The notes below the pieces were generated by a model. The model had not been told where the DNA came from, ran no database searches, and worked only from the letters and a program-made list of their open reading frames with translations. Made by a program: the position numbers and the translations under genes. Shown here one piece after another: positions 37,838 through 47,732 of a DNA stretch of 58,903 nucleotides. Within the stretch, counting starts at the first letter, position 1. Each line of letters begins with the position of its first letter. The stretch comes from a virus (lineage: Duplodnaviria > Caudoviricetes): the IMG/VR virus record IMGVR_UViG_3300014913_000511, positions 1 through 58,903 of that record. One strand, 5' to 3'.

Positions 37838-38290
37838 TTATGTCGTTGGGTCCGTCATCGTTACTGTCCCAGAAATCTTGAGCGTTATAGTGGCAGTTAC
37901 TTTGTCATCCATGGGCACCGACACTCCCAAATTTACAACCAAAGCCCAAAACGTAAAAAGAGTCCCGTCGCCTCCGCCTGCAGGAGAATTCGGCAATTCG
38001 ATTCTGTACTGATGAGTTGAAGCAGACTCAAAATCCAAGTTCATAGTTTTATATCCCGCATTTGTGAAATTCATCACAAGCGAAACTTCGCCACCGTCAC
38101 GAAAGCCACCAATGAATTCGCGATACCCATCAGTGGAATCCAGACTTGTAACGTCAATCTGGTCCTTACTTTTCGTAGGGCCTTCGATAGAATTGACTTC
38201 AGCCAGTACAATGTACACGGCTGGATCCGACGACAGATCGTTTTCTCGCGCAAAGTGCGATCCTACTCCCGAAAAAGCATTGCTTGCCAT
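37838..38290 (-). CDS. Major tail tube protein
   Basis: IDVTSLDS.DGYREFIGG..DGGEV, KVTATITLKISG. Confidence 0.92.
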   Translation of the reverse strand: MASNAFSGVGSHFARENDLSSDPAVYIVLAEVNSIEGPTKSKDQIDVTSLDSTDGYREFIGGFRDGGEVSLVMNFTNAGYKTMNLDFESASTHQYRIELPNSPAGGGDGTLFTFWALVVNLGVSVPMDDKVTATITLKISGTVTMTDPTT

Positions 38291-38324
38291 GACTTAAATC
38301 CTTTCGTGTGTTCCTTGGTTCTTT

Positions 38325-38521
38325 CTATTCATGATTTTTTACGCTTAGAGTTATCTCAGGGCGCTTGGTAATTGCAATTTTTACATTAACCGTTACCCTG
38401 GCATTCGCTTCAGGAATGTTCATGTAAAGGTCACTAACTTTCCCGTAACAAACTCATGATAACCATCAGGCGAATTTAACGTTGTCACGTCTATCGCTTC
38501 ACTTTTGAATTCTTTTTCCAT
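38325..38521 (-). pseudogene. Internally deleted, frameshifted mini-paralog of the tail tube protein
   Basis: AAGGAG SD, then MEKEFKSEAIDVTTLNSPDGYHEFVTGK, then in the -1 frame VSDLYMNIPEANARVTVNVKIAITKRPEITLSVKNHE*. Confidence 0.7.
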
Positions 38522-38548
38522 TACCCCTACTCCTTAGTTTGTTTTCCC

Positions 38549-38947
38549 TTACGCCGTCCGGTCCATTCTGAAATTTATTGTAAACAAAGGGCGGTCCAAC
38601 TCATCATAATTAAGAAATACAACATCCTGCATTGGATAAATCTGCAAGTACCTGGTACCATTTATAATCGTATCGTGTTGCTCCTCGAAAAAGTCTTTTA
38701 TACTTTCGCCCACTGTATAAGCGTCTTTATAGCCCCCCTGCTTGCCTCGAATTTTAACTTGCACCGTAGGACGATCCAAAACAACGCCAATTAGATAAGG
38801 CGCAAGGCCGCCCGTATCGAATAATGCTACACATTTGTCAGGAGTTGATGGCATTTTTGATAGAAACAAATCAGTTCCGAACGTCAAATCCACAATCGAC
38901 GGGGCGGCTACGATCATGTCTTTTAGGTCTTCTATCGGAGGGTTCAT
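38549..38947 (-). CDS. Tail terminator / tail completion protein
   Basis: MPSTPDK.V.L.DTGG, P.VQV.IRG, DELDRPLFTINF. Confidence 0.85.
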   Translation of the reverse strand: MNPPIEDLKDMIVAAPSIVDLTFGTDLFLSKMPSTPDKCVALFDTGGLAPYLIGVVLDRPTVQVKIRGKQGGYKDAYTVGESIKDFFEEQHDTIINGTRYLQIYPMQDVVFLNYDELDRPLFTINFRMDRTA

Positions 38948-39360
38948 TTTCCACCTGCACGCTTAGCGCGTAAGGCCGTCGCCCTCATTAATGCCTTTTT
39001 CACTTCCTTCTGAACAGTTTCCATTACACGTTGTTCATGTGCAAGCATTGGCTCTTCTAAAAACTTCGCCTTAGCTTTTGGCTTCCTGAACACCTTCCCC
39101 ACGCTTTCATGTACCGGTATCGCATAATTCGCATTATTGCCAAACGTGATTGTAATAGGGTCGCCCATAGCACTAGCACCCTCTTCAATATCAGGGCCGA
39201 ACCAGCTTTCAACTAGATTCCCGGTTTTTACAGGTGTGATAATCATCCCGTCGCGCCGAATGTCTTTTCCAGCCTTAATTCCACCACGCTTCGCAGCCAA
39301 AAAGATCGTTTTTAGCGCTCGGTTAATATTAATATCCATATATTTCTTGCCGGTTGTCAT
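38944..39360 (-). CDS. HK97 gp10-like tail completion protein
   Basis: TPVKTGNL..S, YA..VHE, AKFLE. Confidence 0.85.
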   Translation of the reverse strand: MTTGKKYMDININRALKTIFLAAKRGGIKAGKDIRRDGMIITPVKTGNLVESWFGPDIEEGASAMGDPITITFGNNANYAIPVHESVGKVFRKPKAKAKFLEEPMLAHEQRVMETVQKEVKKALMRATALRAKRAGGK

Positions 39361-39714
39361 CTATAGCCAGACCTTCCGACTACTCCAACGCGCACGTAAC
39401 GACGGTGTTTTAGTGAATCTACGGATCACAAAAGCGTTATTTTCAACAGTCGGGTCGTCTTCTCCCGCACTAGACAAATCGTCAAGGTCGCCAAGAAAAA
39501 GATATCCGCCTACGTCCACGTCTCGATCGACACGAACTTGCGCTCGACTAATTTGCTCTACGCCTTGCGGGTCAAGAAATCTATCTGTTCGATCTTCCCA
39601 CCGAACTTCGATTTCAACTCCACTTGCGAACGTATACCCCCCCCACCCATTCTGAACAGGCGACCCCCAGTAGACCGCTGTTTGGTGGAGGTTTCGAGCG
39701 TTCAGATCGGGCAT
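39361..39714 (-). CDS. Head closure protein
   Basis: Position and the HQTAVYW..P..GWGG..EI.VRWED pattern. Confidence 0.75.
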   Translation of the reverse strand: MPDLNARNLHQTAVYWGSPVQNGWGGYTFASGVEIEVRWEDRTDRFLDPQGVEQISRAQVRVDRDVDVGGYLFLGDLDDLSSAGEDDPTVENNAFVIRRFTKTPSLRARWSSRKVWL

Positions 39715-39719
39715 TGTTT

Positions 39720-40091
39720 TTACCCAACGTCCGATATGTCAATACATTGGAACACGGTTTTGCGCTTGCCTATTTGTTGAAGTTTGCCCGTTAAATCCAG
39801 GGTCAACGCCATTTGTCCGTAAGGAGTGAACTCTAAACCCTTGCCCAAATCACCCCAAGCATACGTCGCGCTTGCTTTATCGGCCTGTTCAGCCCTAGCC
39901 ACCGGGTCACGAATAGCAACGTAATGAGCGGCAAGCCACCGCTCAACTTCTTTCAATTCTACGTCTGTCATTACATCGTCATCAGCATAAACTTTCGACA
40001 CAACGAGATTCGCCGCTGTGATAAATGCAGTCAAATCTGTCAAAGTTGTATCAATTATCTCTTTGACTTCGGTGGTGGTCGTGCGGGCCAT
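39720..40091 (-). CDS. Head-tail adaptor (DUF4054-like)
   Basis: ERWLAAHY, L..TPYGQ...LD.TG. Confidence 0.8.
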   Translation of the reverse strand: MARTTTTEVKEIIDTTLTDLTAFITAANLVVSKVYADDDVMTDVELKEVERWLAAHYVAIRDPVARAEQADKASATYAWGDLGKGLEFTPYGQMALTLDLTGKLQQIGKRKTVFQCIDISDVG

Positions 40092-40786
40092 TACTTAATT
40101 TTCCGTTTCCACAATCCCGGATCAACGAATGATAACACGCCTGTCTCTTGCCAGTCAAGTCCGAAGTCACAAATGAGCGCTTTGATTTTACTCATATCGC
40201 CGTTAATTATCTCTTGAGGCCATATTTCGCGTATATTCAAACATGCGTCGTGCATTTCATCGAACAGCCGTTCATGTTTGGCCACCCACTTACACCAACC
40301 ATGAGCCGAAGAGTAGCCCCGCATAAATCCAGTTTTCAAGCATGAACGCACAATATCATCTGCATTTCGTCTGACGATTATCCACCGGGCCAGGGGGAAG
40401 GCTTTTGCCCAAATAGGCCACATAAGACAAAACTTTGCTGCCTTAGCAAACCATACTTGCGACGAATTGTACCCTTCAGACTTGATTATTTCCAACACTC
40501 GGTTACGTACAATTGGGCCTTCTTTTTCTGAAATCAAATTGATCGCTTCCGTCTTAGGAAGCGGTAGTTGCCCCAACGGATCGCAATTCCATTCGCGCAA
40601 GTAAGGCTTGATTATTTCGTTTATAATCGCTTTATTCTCGAACATCCCTTTTGGATTATAGCGAGTCTCTCCGCGCATGTCGCCGCCCCAAGCGCCACAT
40701 TTATGTACAATTCCAGACACTAGGGATGTTCCGGACCTCGCGGCCCCTGTGATAAAAATCGGCGATTCACGAAAGGAAAAAGTCAT
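40091..40786 (-). CDS. Sulfotransferase
   Basis: PIFITGAARSGTS 5'-PSB loop; FP.ARWIIVRRN..D..RS 3'-PB motif. Confidence 0.88.
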   Translation of the reverse strand: MTFSFRESPIFITGAARSGTSLVSGIVHKCGAWGGDMRGETRYNPKGMFENKAIINEIIKPYLREWNCDPLGQLPLPKTEAINLISEKEGPIVRNRVLEIIKSEGYNSSQVWFAKAAKFCLMWPIWAKAFPLARWIIVRRNADDIVRSCLKTGFMRGYSSAHGWCKWVAKHERLFDEMHDACLNIREIWPQEIINGDMSKIKALICDFGLDWQETGVLSFVDPGLWKRKIK

Positions 40787-41535
40787 TTAACCCCCCAAAA
40801 TTGTGTAACGACAGGATGTTTAGACTGATGAGGTCGCGGCTTCCCATGAAAAGAAACTATCCGCGCATCTTCTGGTAAATCGCGATCACGCACGTGACGC
40901 TTGAAACTAAATATCTGTCCAGGAAACATGTCTTGCCACTTGTCCACATATTCCATGCCCGATGTAACCTCTCGAATCCAGTAACGCTCGCGACCTTTTG
41001 CTAACTCTTCGGCCCAGTCTAAATTGTCGACAAACCGCTTGAAAAATCGAGTTTCATTTTTCGGGCCAGCCTTAAAGCCCATAATATCCCCATCGATCAA
41101 GTGTTCACATCCAGGCTTGAACTTTGCGCGCCCGCAAAAGTCACCAGAATATGAAAGTAAATCGTCAAGCGATCCCGTAATTACAATGTCCACATCAAGA
41201 CAAAGAACTTGCCGACCAAAAAGGCCGCTTGCCTCGCTGAACATCGCCAAACGAGGCAAAACGCCATGAAACGAAGGGGGATTAAACCCCCGAATTTCTA
41301 TATTTTTATCCAGTTTTAATGTTTCGTTTGTAAAGCAGATAAAATCAAACGGCGTTTTAGTGAAGCGCTTGCAACCATGAAACAAGTTGTTGACATATTT
41401 CCCCGCTAAACCATTGCTCACTGTGCCCACGCTTTCGGCATGTTGTGCAAGATAATTTACCTTGCCGCCGTCGTTGTAATTCTTAGGCCGCCACCGGTCG
41501 CCTTGCCAATAAAAACAGATGATTGTAGGCTTCAT
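40783..41535 (-). CDS. Glycosyltransferase (GT-A fold, GT8-like phage type)
   Basis: YVNNL..G, FICFTN, LCLDVDIVI.GSLD DxD motif, IVSFHGKPRPH. Confidence 0.85.
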   Translation of the reverse strand: MKPTIICFYWQGDRWRPKNYNDGGKVNYLAQHAESVGTVSNGLAGKYVNNLFHGCKRFTKTPFDFICFTNETLKLDKNIEIRGFNPPSFHGVLPRLAMFSEASGLFGRQVLCLDVDIVITGSLDDLLSYSGDFCGRAKFKPGCEHLIDGDIMGFKAGPKNETRFFKRFVDNLDWAEELAKGRERYWIREVTSGMEYVDKWQDMFPGQIFSFKRHVRDRDLPEDARIVSFHGKPRPHQSKHPVVTQFWGVK

Positions 41536-42269
41536 AAATTCATCTCCTTATCTATCCAAGGCACGCCAGTCTCGCGGAAATCGTTCTTTTCAGAATGACC
41601 AGTAATCACGATTAAATCTTTCGGTTTCTTAGGTGTCTTTTTAGCTGCATCCAATTTCATCATCCATTTATCTCTGAACATGTCCAAGTTAGGGTACCAA
41701 TCCCCGTAAACGTCCTGCTCGCTCCGATATTTTGCAATGATTTTGTCGCTATTTGTAACGAACTGCTTGTAAATCTCTTGTGTAACGACAGACCGAGGAT
41801 TCCATTTCATGACGCTCGCTTGATACCGTCGAAACAGCCCCTTTTCTGTCTCCTCTTTCTCCCTATCTTGTGGGCGTCCGGGGCTTTTAGTGTCAAACAA
41901 CATGAGATTCGAGTAATATCCGCCACATTCAACTAAAGGCTGAATGCTATTTACAAGGGTAATGTCAAGATCGAAATACAGCGATCCAGTTACCTCTAAA
42001 TTAGGGTTAAAACACTCTATTTTAGCCCACCAACCAGGCCATTTATCAGGGTATTTCAAGGGAATAACCGTCCCTGGTAAAGATTTGCTCATACTATTTG
42101 TCAAGCAATGGAACTTAAATTTATACGGGCAATGATTTTCCACTAGCGCATGTAGACGATGCACGTCTGCTTCTGTGTAATTCCTTCCGCGAAAATCGCC
42201 AAGCCACAACAAGCAGTAAATATTCAGGTGTGGATAATCAGTCAAATTTATCCTTTCAAATGCCACCAA
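41532..42269 (-). CDS. Glycosyltransferase (paralogous GT-A type)
   Basis: FHCLTN, WPGWWAKIECF, LYFDLD DxD motif, YQASVM.W, SEQD. Confidence 0.85.
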   Translation of the reverse strand: MVAFERINLTDYPHLNIYCLLWLGDFRGRNYTEADVHRLHALVENHCPYKFKFHCLTNSMSKSLPGTVIPLKYPDKWPGWWAKIECFNPNLEVTGSLYFDLDITLVNSIQPLVECGGYYSNLMLFDTKSPGRPQDREKEETEKGLFRRYQASVMKWNPRSVVTQEIYKQFVTNSDKIIAKYRSEQDVYGDWYPNLDMFRDKWMMKLDAAKKTPKKPKDLIVITGHSEKNDFRETGVPWIDKEMNL

Positions 42270-42748
42270 ATATGGTCATAAAACTTGGAGTCTTTATAGT
42301 CTTTGCCGAAAAATTCCTTAACAGCTTTGTCAACCCCAGGATGATAATTGTTGAAGTCGTGACCGCTTACAATTCCGCCCTTTCTCACCTTTGGAAACCA
42401 AGCGGCAATGTCTGCTTTCACGTTTTCGTAATCATGATAGGCATCAATGAAGACAAAATCCAAGGATTCATCCTTTATCATCTTCGCAGCCTCGACGCTT
42501 GGTACTTCCAACACCTCGACGCGCAACAGATAAGGCTTAATTGCTTCAATCCATTGATCGCGACTAGCTAGGCTATCTGACTGTTCCCCACTGAAGTCGC
42601 CCGGGTAATAGGCAACTTCGAGCAAGCGCAAGTCAGGATTTTCGCGTAAAAGGAACTTGGCCGTCGCCCCTTTTCCTGTCCCGACTTCCGCGCCATATTG
42701 ATAATTGTATTGCTTGATAACAAACGATAGCCACGTATAACGCTTCAT
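42248..42748 (-). CDS. SAM-dependent methyltransferase (Methyltransf_24, class I)
   Basis: GAEVGT..G, SLDFVFIDA.HDY..V..D...W..KVR.GG...GHD. Confidence 0.92.
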   Translation of the reverse strand: MKRYTWLSFVIKQYNYQYGAEVGTGKGATAKFLLRENPDLRLLEVAYYPGDFSGEQSDSLASRDQWIEAIKPYLLRVEVLEVPSVEAAKMIKDESLDFVFIDAYHDYENVKADIAAWFPKVRKGGIVSGHDFNNYHPGVDKAVKEFFGKDYKDSKFYDHIWWHLKG

Positions 42749-43527
42749 TCCTCTCCCTCAAGAAAATCCTCAAGCGGCATGATTGGAAATTGTGTAATTG
42801 CAGATCCAGGAGTACAATTAATAATTTTCAATCCTAATTTTTCTGCATCAGCCTTAATCAAAGGGAAGGCTTTTAGGAAACGTGCGTAGGGGTCTTTCTG
42901 TGGAGCTGGATGATCGTCGTGCCAATTAGCTTTATCGTCAACGCGCCGCATATCCATACCTAGAAGCACGATTGTTGTTGCGCCTAAATGATAAGCCAGG
43001 TTAATAGCACTTCCTGCGCTACTTTTATTCCAAGAGACGTAACGAGGTCGCGTTTCAATTCCAATCGGTTTTCCACGATGAACGCAAAGCACTCTATCTA
43101 TGTTAATTAATTTCTTATCAGCAACCGTAGTGACAAGCAAACCCCTGAAATCCTTCAAGCTTTCCCTGTGCCACCAGAACCATTGCTCGTCGCCAAACCA
43201 GCAAACATCAACCCACAGTCGGGGAGTGTAAAACACTGTCCGCTTGCGTCCACCATGATCAATCGTTTTTTTGCCATGGGTGGGGTCACCGTAAGCATTA
43301 TTCACGGCTATGATTTTACGCTCTTTTATTAACGAAAAATCAACATTATTGAGCGAAGGGCCGCCACCAAGGATGAAAACCGTCTCGTCTTTCCATATTC
43401 GAGGTATCGTCCATCCCGTAGGGTCTTTAGGTTTACCTGTGCCCTTGCCTGAACGTCTTTTGGCAAGAGCCTTTACCTCTGGCGTCAACGGTTCAAACTT
43501 CAGAGGAATCATCAGGAATTCCAGCAA
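42745..43527 (-). CDS. Maf/DUF115 (MptE-like, GT42/CstII-fold) putative CMP-sugar glycosyltransferase
   Basis: VFILGGGPSL, IIAVNNA, D..WF, SAGSAINLAYHLGA..IVLLGMDM, IINCTP.S. Confidence 0.75.
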   Translation of the reverse strand: MLEFLMIPLKFEPLTPEVKALAKRRSGKGTGKPKDPTGWTIPRIWKDETVFILGGGPSLNNVDFSLIKERKIIAVNNAYGDPTHGKKTIDHGGRKRTVFYTPRLWVDVCWFGDEQWFWWHRESLKDFRGLLVTTVADKKLINIDRVLCVHRGKPIGIETRPRYVSWNKSSAGSAINLAYHLGATTIVLLGMDMRRVDDKANWHDDHPAPQKDPYARFLKAFPLIKADAEKLGLKIINCTPGSAITQFPIMPLEDFLEGEE

Positions 43528-43837
43528 TAATTAAAGCTTCCTCTTTGCTCAACAGTACATCATTGACTTGAACTCCCGTTGCATCAAGCACGGCAAACAT
43601 GCCTCGGCCCTTATGCTTGATTGTGAATCGTGGCACATCTGGAAACGCCGGGGGCGTTTTAGGTACCGCCCCCGGCTCGTCGAATTCTTCAAGCGATTCC
43701 AGTTTATGGCGAATGTGCCGAACTTCATAAGGTGTGGCCGTGAAAGTATCCCCGGCCTTCACTTTTCCACGTGCATCACGAAAGACATGCTCCCCTGCAA
43801 TTTGCTTCATCCGCCACTTAACCGGCTTGTCGCTCAT
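43493..43837 (-). CDS. Hypothetical protein after the major capsid gene
   Basis: ORF with GAGGGAG SD. Confidence 0.7.
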   Translation of the reverse strand: MSDKPVKWRMKQIAGEHVFRDARGKVKAGDTFTATPYEVRHIRHKLESLEEFDEPGAVPKTPPAFPDVPRFTIKHKGRGMFAVLDATGVQVNDVLLSKEEALIIAGIPDDSSEV

Positions 43838-43853
43838 CGTTCAGGCTCCCTCG

Positions 43854-44864
43854 CTACGCGCTATACACAGCGATTCCGCAATCGCCCTCGTAAGTACTTC
43901 GAGGCTGCGGGACCATAATCGTCAAAACCTTGAGGTATTTCGACATGCCGTCCGGGCTGTCCCACTCGACGGTAGTAATCGGCTGGCCGACCACAATTCG
44001 CATAACGTCCGAAGTCAACTGGCAAAGAATAACTTTCCCGGCGGTCATCATGTCGACGGTACGAATGAACGAAATGCCCTCAAGCGCCATGATTCTGTCG
44101 CGGATAGTCCGGGGGTAATTACTCGCGTAATCTTGGTCCAAAACTTCCGTATAAGCCGTCGGGATAAACAAGCCGTAAGGCCCGTGCATCTTGTCGTTCA
44201 CGAGAGCTTGTTTCATAGCGACAATATCGGCGATAATTGTCGCGCCCGAAGCCGCCGAAGCCGTCCAATCTTCCGTCAAAGAGCCAGTATTCGCAGAGGG
44301 GTAGTCCTCCAAGCCGTAAATGATACCGCCCTTAAAGGCAAGGTTATCTCCGCCTGTGAAGACGATCTCCTCGACTTTCTGCATGACTTTCGCGGTGGCA
44401 AGTTCGGCACCCGAAGTATCCAGCGGCATCCCGTTTCGCCGAGAAGCGCCCAAATCTCGAATATCAAACTTCATGTTCGTATGAACAATCGGCAACGGGA
44501 GATAGGTAATGTCGTAATCGGGGCGGTCTCGCGTCGCCTGCACTCCGGCGTTCATCGAAATCTCAGCCGCCGCAATGTCGCTCTGCGTCTCGTAGGCAAG
44601 AGACATGACGGACATACCGTTAGGAATGTTGTACGTCAATCCCCTCGAAAGGAACTCCCGCGTTCCGTTAATCCGTTCTTGTGCGGCCTTGACTACAGTC
44701 CTATCAATCTCTTTCCAGTCGTCGTACCGCAAAAGGCCATTCGTACGAAGCGCCGCCGGATTAAAATTGTTAGCTAGGAGCCTTTCGGCCACGCTTCCAA
44801 TTCCTTTGATTCCGTTCGGCACTGAATAGATCGTGTCAACCCCTACGTTTCCTACAATCTCCAT
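43854..44864 (-). CDS. Major capsid protein (HK97 fold, encapsulin/Linocin-M18-like)
   Basis: LRYDDWKEID..V, LPLPIVH, R.L.ASR..G.PLD, IYGL, HGPY.L motifs; position in the head module. Confidence 0.9.
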   Translation of the reverse strand: MEIVGNVGVDTIYSVPNGIKGIGSVAERLLANNFNPAALRTNGLLRYDDWKEIDRTVVKAAQERINGTREFLSRGLTYNIPNGMSVMSLAYETQSDIAAAEISMNAGVQATRDRPDYDITYLPLPIVHTNMKFDIRDLGASRRNGMPLDTSGAELATAKVMQKVEEIVFTGGDNLAFKGGIIYGLEDYPSANTGSLTEDWTASAASGATIIADIVAMKQALVNDKMHGPYGLFIPTAYTEVLDQDYASNYPRTIRDRIMALEGISFIRTVDMMTAGKVILCQLTSDVMRIVVGQPITTVEWDSPDGMSKYLKVLTIMVPQPRSTYEGDCGIAVYSA

Positions 44865-44877
44865 GATCTTAACTCCT

Positions 44878-45357
44878 TTACACGATCAGCACATGAATGC
44901 GAATCGCATCAATAGTGCTGGTGCTGGTGTTTTTAGCCTCAAGAGCTTGCGCCACGATAGCATGGGCCTTAACGTCCTCAACGCTTGTGGATTCAGCAAC
45001 ATGTTTCCGAAGAAAACCGTCGCCCGCGCTTTCAAGGTAATCACCCACCGCTACCGACTGGTCGTTTGTCAAAATGGCGTACACCTCGTCACCCGGTCCA
45101 CATAGCCAATAATTGACTTGCGATCCGCTGGCAATATCGTCGTCAATGTCGTCGCCACCAAGCGAATTTTCCTTCACGAACATCGCAGTAGCAGGGCCGC
45201 CTGCCGTCGCATGCTTCTTGACGCCTGTGGAAGTAATTTCCAAAAGCATTCCAGGAGTTAGAGCGGTATCAGCCTTCGCTTCACTGGGAAGCGGGTCAAC
45301 CTCTCGCCCGCTTTTCAGCAGAACGATGTTTCGGTTTTTCGTCGTACTCACAGCCAT
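44878..45357 (-). CDS. Capsid decoration/cement protein
   Basis: TPGMLLE, GDYLESAGDG.L, AQALEA; between the protease and major capsid genes. Confidence 0.8.
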   Translation of the reverse strand: MAVSTTKNRNIVLLKSGREVDPLPSEAKADTALTPGMLLEITSTGVKKHATAGGPATAMFVKENSLGGDDIDDDIASGSQVNYWLCGPGDEVYAILTNDQSVAVGDYLESAGDGFLRKHVAESTSVEDVKAHAIVAQALEAKNTSTSTIDAIRIHVLIV

Positions 45358-45384
45358 GATAATATCCTTTCTCGTTACCTTTAG

Positions 45385-46839
45385 TTACTTGGTAATTTCC
45401 CACTGAATCAGAGGCACATCTGGAACACCCATGCCGTCCGGCGACCGCTCGTTGGCCTTGAATTCGCGCTTTCCAGCTGTGGAATGCCCTGCCTGTCCCT
45501 GATAATGGGGAGAAGCAAGACGGGCCAGTTTCTCAAGCTCGGGAATGTCTTTATCGGAAAGTTCCTCGTTCGTAAACGGATTGGCCTTATTCGCCATGAC
45601 TTTTCCGACGAGGTCGGCCTTCTTCGTGTCGCGCAAAACCAGGCCTTCTTTGAGCATTTTTGACACGTCCGGGGGCACTTCGCCAAGCCATTCATGAAGC
45701 GTTTTGATCTGCGGTTCTTCCGTGGGGGGTTCGACAGCAACGGGCACCACAGGAGCAATAGGAACCGTAGGTGCAACCGAGGGCGGCTCTTCTGTAATCA
45801 CCGTCGCGGCATTCGTCTGGATTTTCTCGGACAGCAAGTCGAAGCCCGCTTTCAATCGTGCAAAAGAATCGCAATCAATCGACTCAAGCCACCCCCTATC
45901 ATCCTCGGAGAACGGCGAAACTTCATTCGCCAGAAATACATCAACCTTCGCTTTTCGTTCAATAGAATCAACCATCTTCTCAGCCCCTTCTTCGCCGTCT
46001 TCTTGCGACGTTTGTTTATTTGCTTTCACTTGGATAAAATTCCTCTGCTCTACAACTTCGACTGGCTCGCCTGAAAGCGTAGGAATACCATTCTTTCCAA
46101 GTGTGTATTTCTGCTTGTAAAAAACATATCCACGATCAGGAGTAGACACTTCGTAGATAAAATACTTCCTCGTGGCATATGTCAAATAGAGATAAACCGA
46201 CCCGTTAAAAGGAGCAAGAGGTTGGATCAACGCCCTCAATCGGGTATTCAAGTCGTCATCGCTCAACAAATTAGTTTTCACGCTTGTATTTCTTACACCA
46301 CAACCATCCTTCCAGGAGCAAGCCCCCTTGACATCCCAAAGGAACGCCAAATGATCAGGCCGAAGGTTACGCGCAAGAGATCGATACTTCTTGCCCGCCC
46401 ATTCACCTTCGGCCTCCTGCTCTTCCATAAATAATCCAGTGCTTACCTCGAAGTGCTCAAAATTCTCTAAGGCCAAGACTGCACCGTCGCTAAACGCTTT
46501 CAGGGCCTCGACGCTTATTTTCGCTTTGGCCTTCAATTTGTTATCGGTGAAAGCAGCATCGAAAATCTCCCCGATAATGAATGACTTTGCGGCGTCAGAC
46601 GACACCGCCGAAACGTTATTACCTTCAGAGTCCAAGGGATGCTGAAAAGTAACTGGAACACCATTCCACGCATCGGCATTCTTCGCTATCTCTTTTTCAC
46701 TGTACATAATTGGTCCACCAGACCCGTTATGTACACCTTCAACAAGCATAACAACAGGCACAATCATAAATCCGTCGTTGACAGCTCTCTGATTGTCTGC
46801 GTTTCTGTTTATTTCCAGTTTGGAATTCAGGAAAATCAT
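45385..46839 (-). CDS. Prohead protease/scaffold (DUF2213-like)
   Basis: WNGVPVT.QHP, EVSTG, PDHLA.L...GACS..DGCG; Pro-rich linker and scaffold-like C-terminus. Confidence 0.88.
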   Translation of the reverse strand: MIFLNSKLEINRNADNQRAVNDGFMIVPVVMLVEGVHNGSGGPIMYSEKEIAKNADAWNGVPVTFQHPLDSEGNNVSAVSSDAAKSFIIGEIFDAAFTDNKLKAKAKISVEALKAFSDGAVLALENFEHFEVSTGLFMEEQEAEGEWAGKKYRSLARNLRPDHLAFLWDVKGACSWKDGCGVRNTSVKTNLLSDDDLNTRLRALIQPLAPFNGSVYLYLTYATRKYFIYEVSTPDRGYVFYKQKYTLGKNGIPTLSGEPVEVVEQRNFIQVKANKQTSQEDGEEGAEKMVDSIERKAKVDVFLANEVSPFSEDDRGWLESIDCDSFARLKAGFDLLSEKIQTNAATVITEEPPSVAPTVPIAPVVPVAVEPPTEEPQIKTLHEWLGEVPPDVSKMLKEGLVLRDTKKADLVGKVMANKANPFTNEELSDKDIPELEKLARLASPHYQGQAGHSTAGKREFKANERSPDGMGVPDVPLIQWEITK

Positions 46840-47732
46840 TATGCTGCCCTTCTCCTCTTCTCTTTCGGAGCGTCAACCGGCAACGCCGCACATTTACAAT
46901 TAGGGTGACGAGGAATCATGCCTTCAATTTCCTTCAAAGGAAAAACTTTCCCCTCAAGCGATTGACAAATAGGGCAAACTCTGAACCCCCCCGTTAGCCA
47001 TTCCGCCTGCACCTTCACCCCGTCAACACCCCACTGCTCGAATTCTGCAATATTAGCCACGTGGTGCGCTCTGACTATTTCCGTGCGCGCCACTGTCCGC
47101 CACCGCGTAATCCCGATTTTACCCACTCGATTATTTAATGCTTTAGCTATTATTTCAGGATTATCACCACGCATTAATCCGTCTGCCAACACTCGTGAAA
47201 TTTGCTGATCCATGGCCCGCGTGACACCCTTTAGCTCACTGAAAGTCCGAGTAAAAAGGACACCTAGCCTATCGGCATGCATTGGTTGCGCAAGAAGCGC
47301 GGGTACTTCCGGGGGCGTTAACACCGGCACATCATAGCCCGCCTTGCGAAGCTCTTGCCGTCCTGTCAATACCCCACGATCGTAAGCCCGCCGAATATAT
47401 ACGTCTGTCCATGCATCCTCTATTCCACGTAACGAATCGAACCTATGGACAATCTCAAGCACCCCCTTTTCCTCTTGAGCGTTCAGCCACTCCATAAAGC
47501 CTGTGACTTTATCCGCCGAACGACGAAAGGAAAAAGCGTCTTTCGGGGCAGGCTCTAACGCAAAAGTGTAAAGAGGGTTTTTCCTCAAGCCGAAGCAATC
47601 GTTTTCAACAATCGACTTGCGAATAGCCCCTTTCAAGTCACGGCCTCGCTTGTTAATGTCACTGACGAATTGCCGCCGGAGAGTCAACGTCCTCGAAGGG
47701 TCAAAATCCCGGCTGGAATTCAGTGTTAGCAT
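46839..47732 (-). CDS. Head morphogenesis protein (SPP1 gp7 / Mu F-like)
   Basis: VARTE, W.T....VCPIC..LEG, P.HPNCKC. Confidence 0.9.
   Translation of the reverse strand: MLTLNSSRDFDPSRTLTLRRQFVSDINKRGRDLKGAIRKSIVENDCFGLRKNPLYTFALEPAPKDAFSFRRSADKVTGFMEWLNAQEEKGVLEIVHRFDSLRGIEDAWTDVYIRRAYDRGVLTGRQELRKAGYDVPVLTPPEVPALLAQPMHADRLGVLFTRTFSELKGVTRAMDQQISRVLADGLMRGDNPEIIAKALNNRVGKIGITRWRTVARTEIVRAHHVANIAEFEQWGVDGVKVQAEWLTGGFRVCPICQSLEGKVFPLKEIEGMIPRHPNCKCAALPVDAPKEKRRRAA

Noticed and set aside
43854-44864. Encapsulin nanocompartment or bacteriocin
   Set aside because: The context between protease, decoration and neck genes identifies it as the phage major capsid protein.
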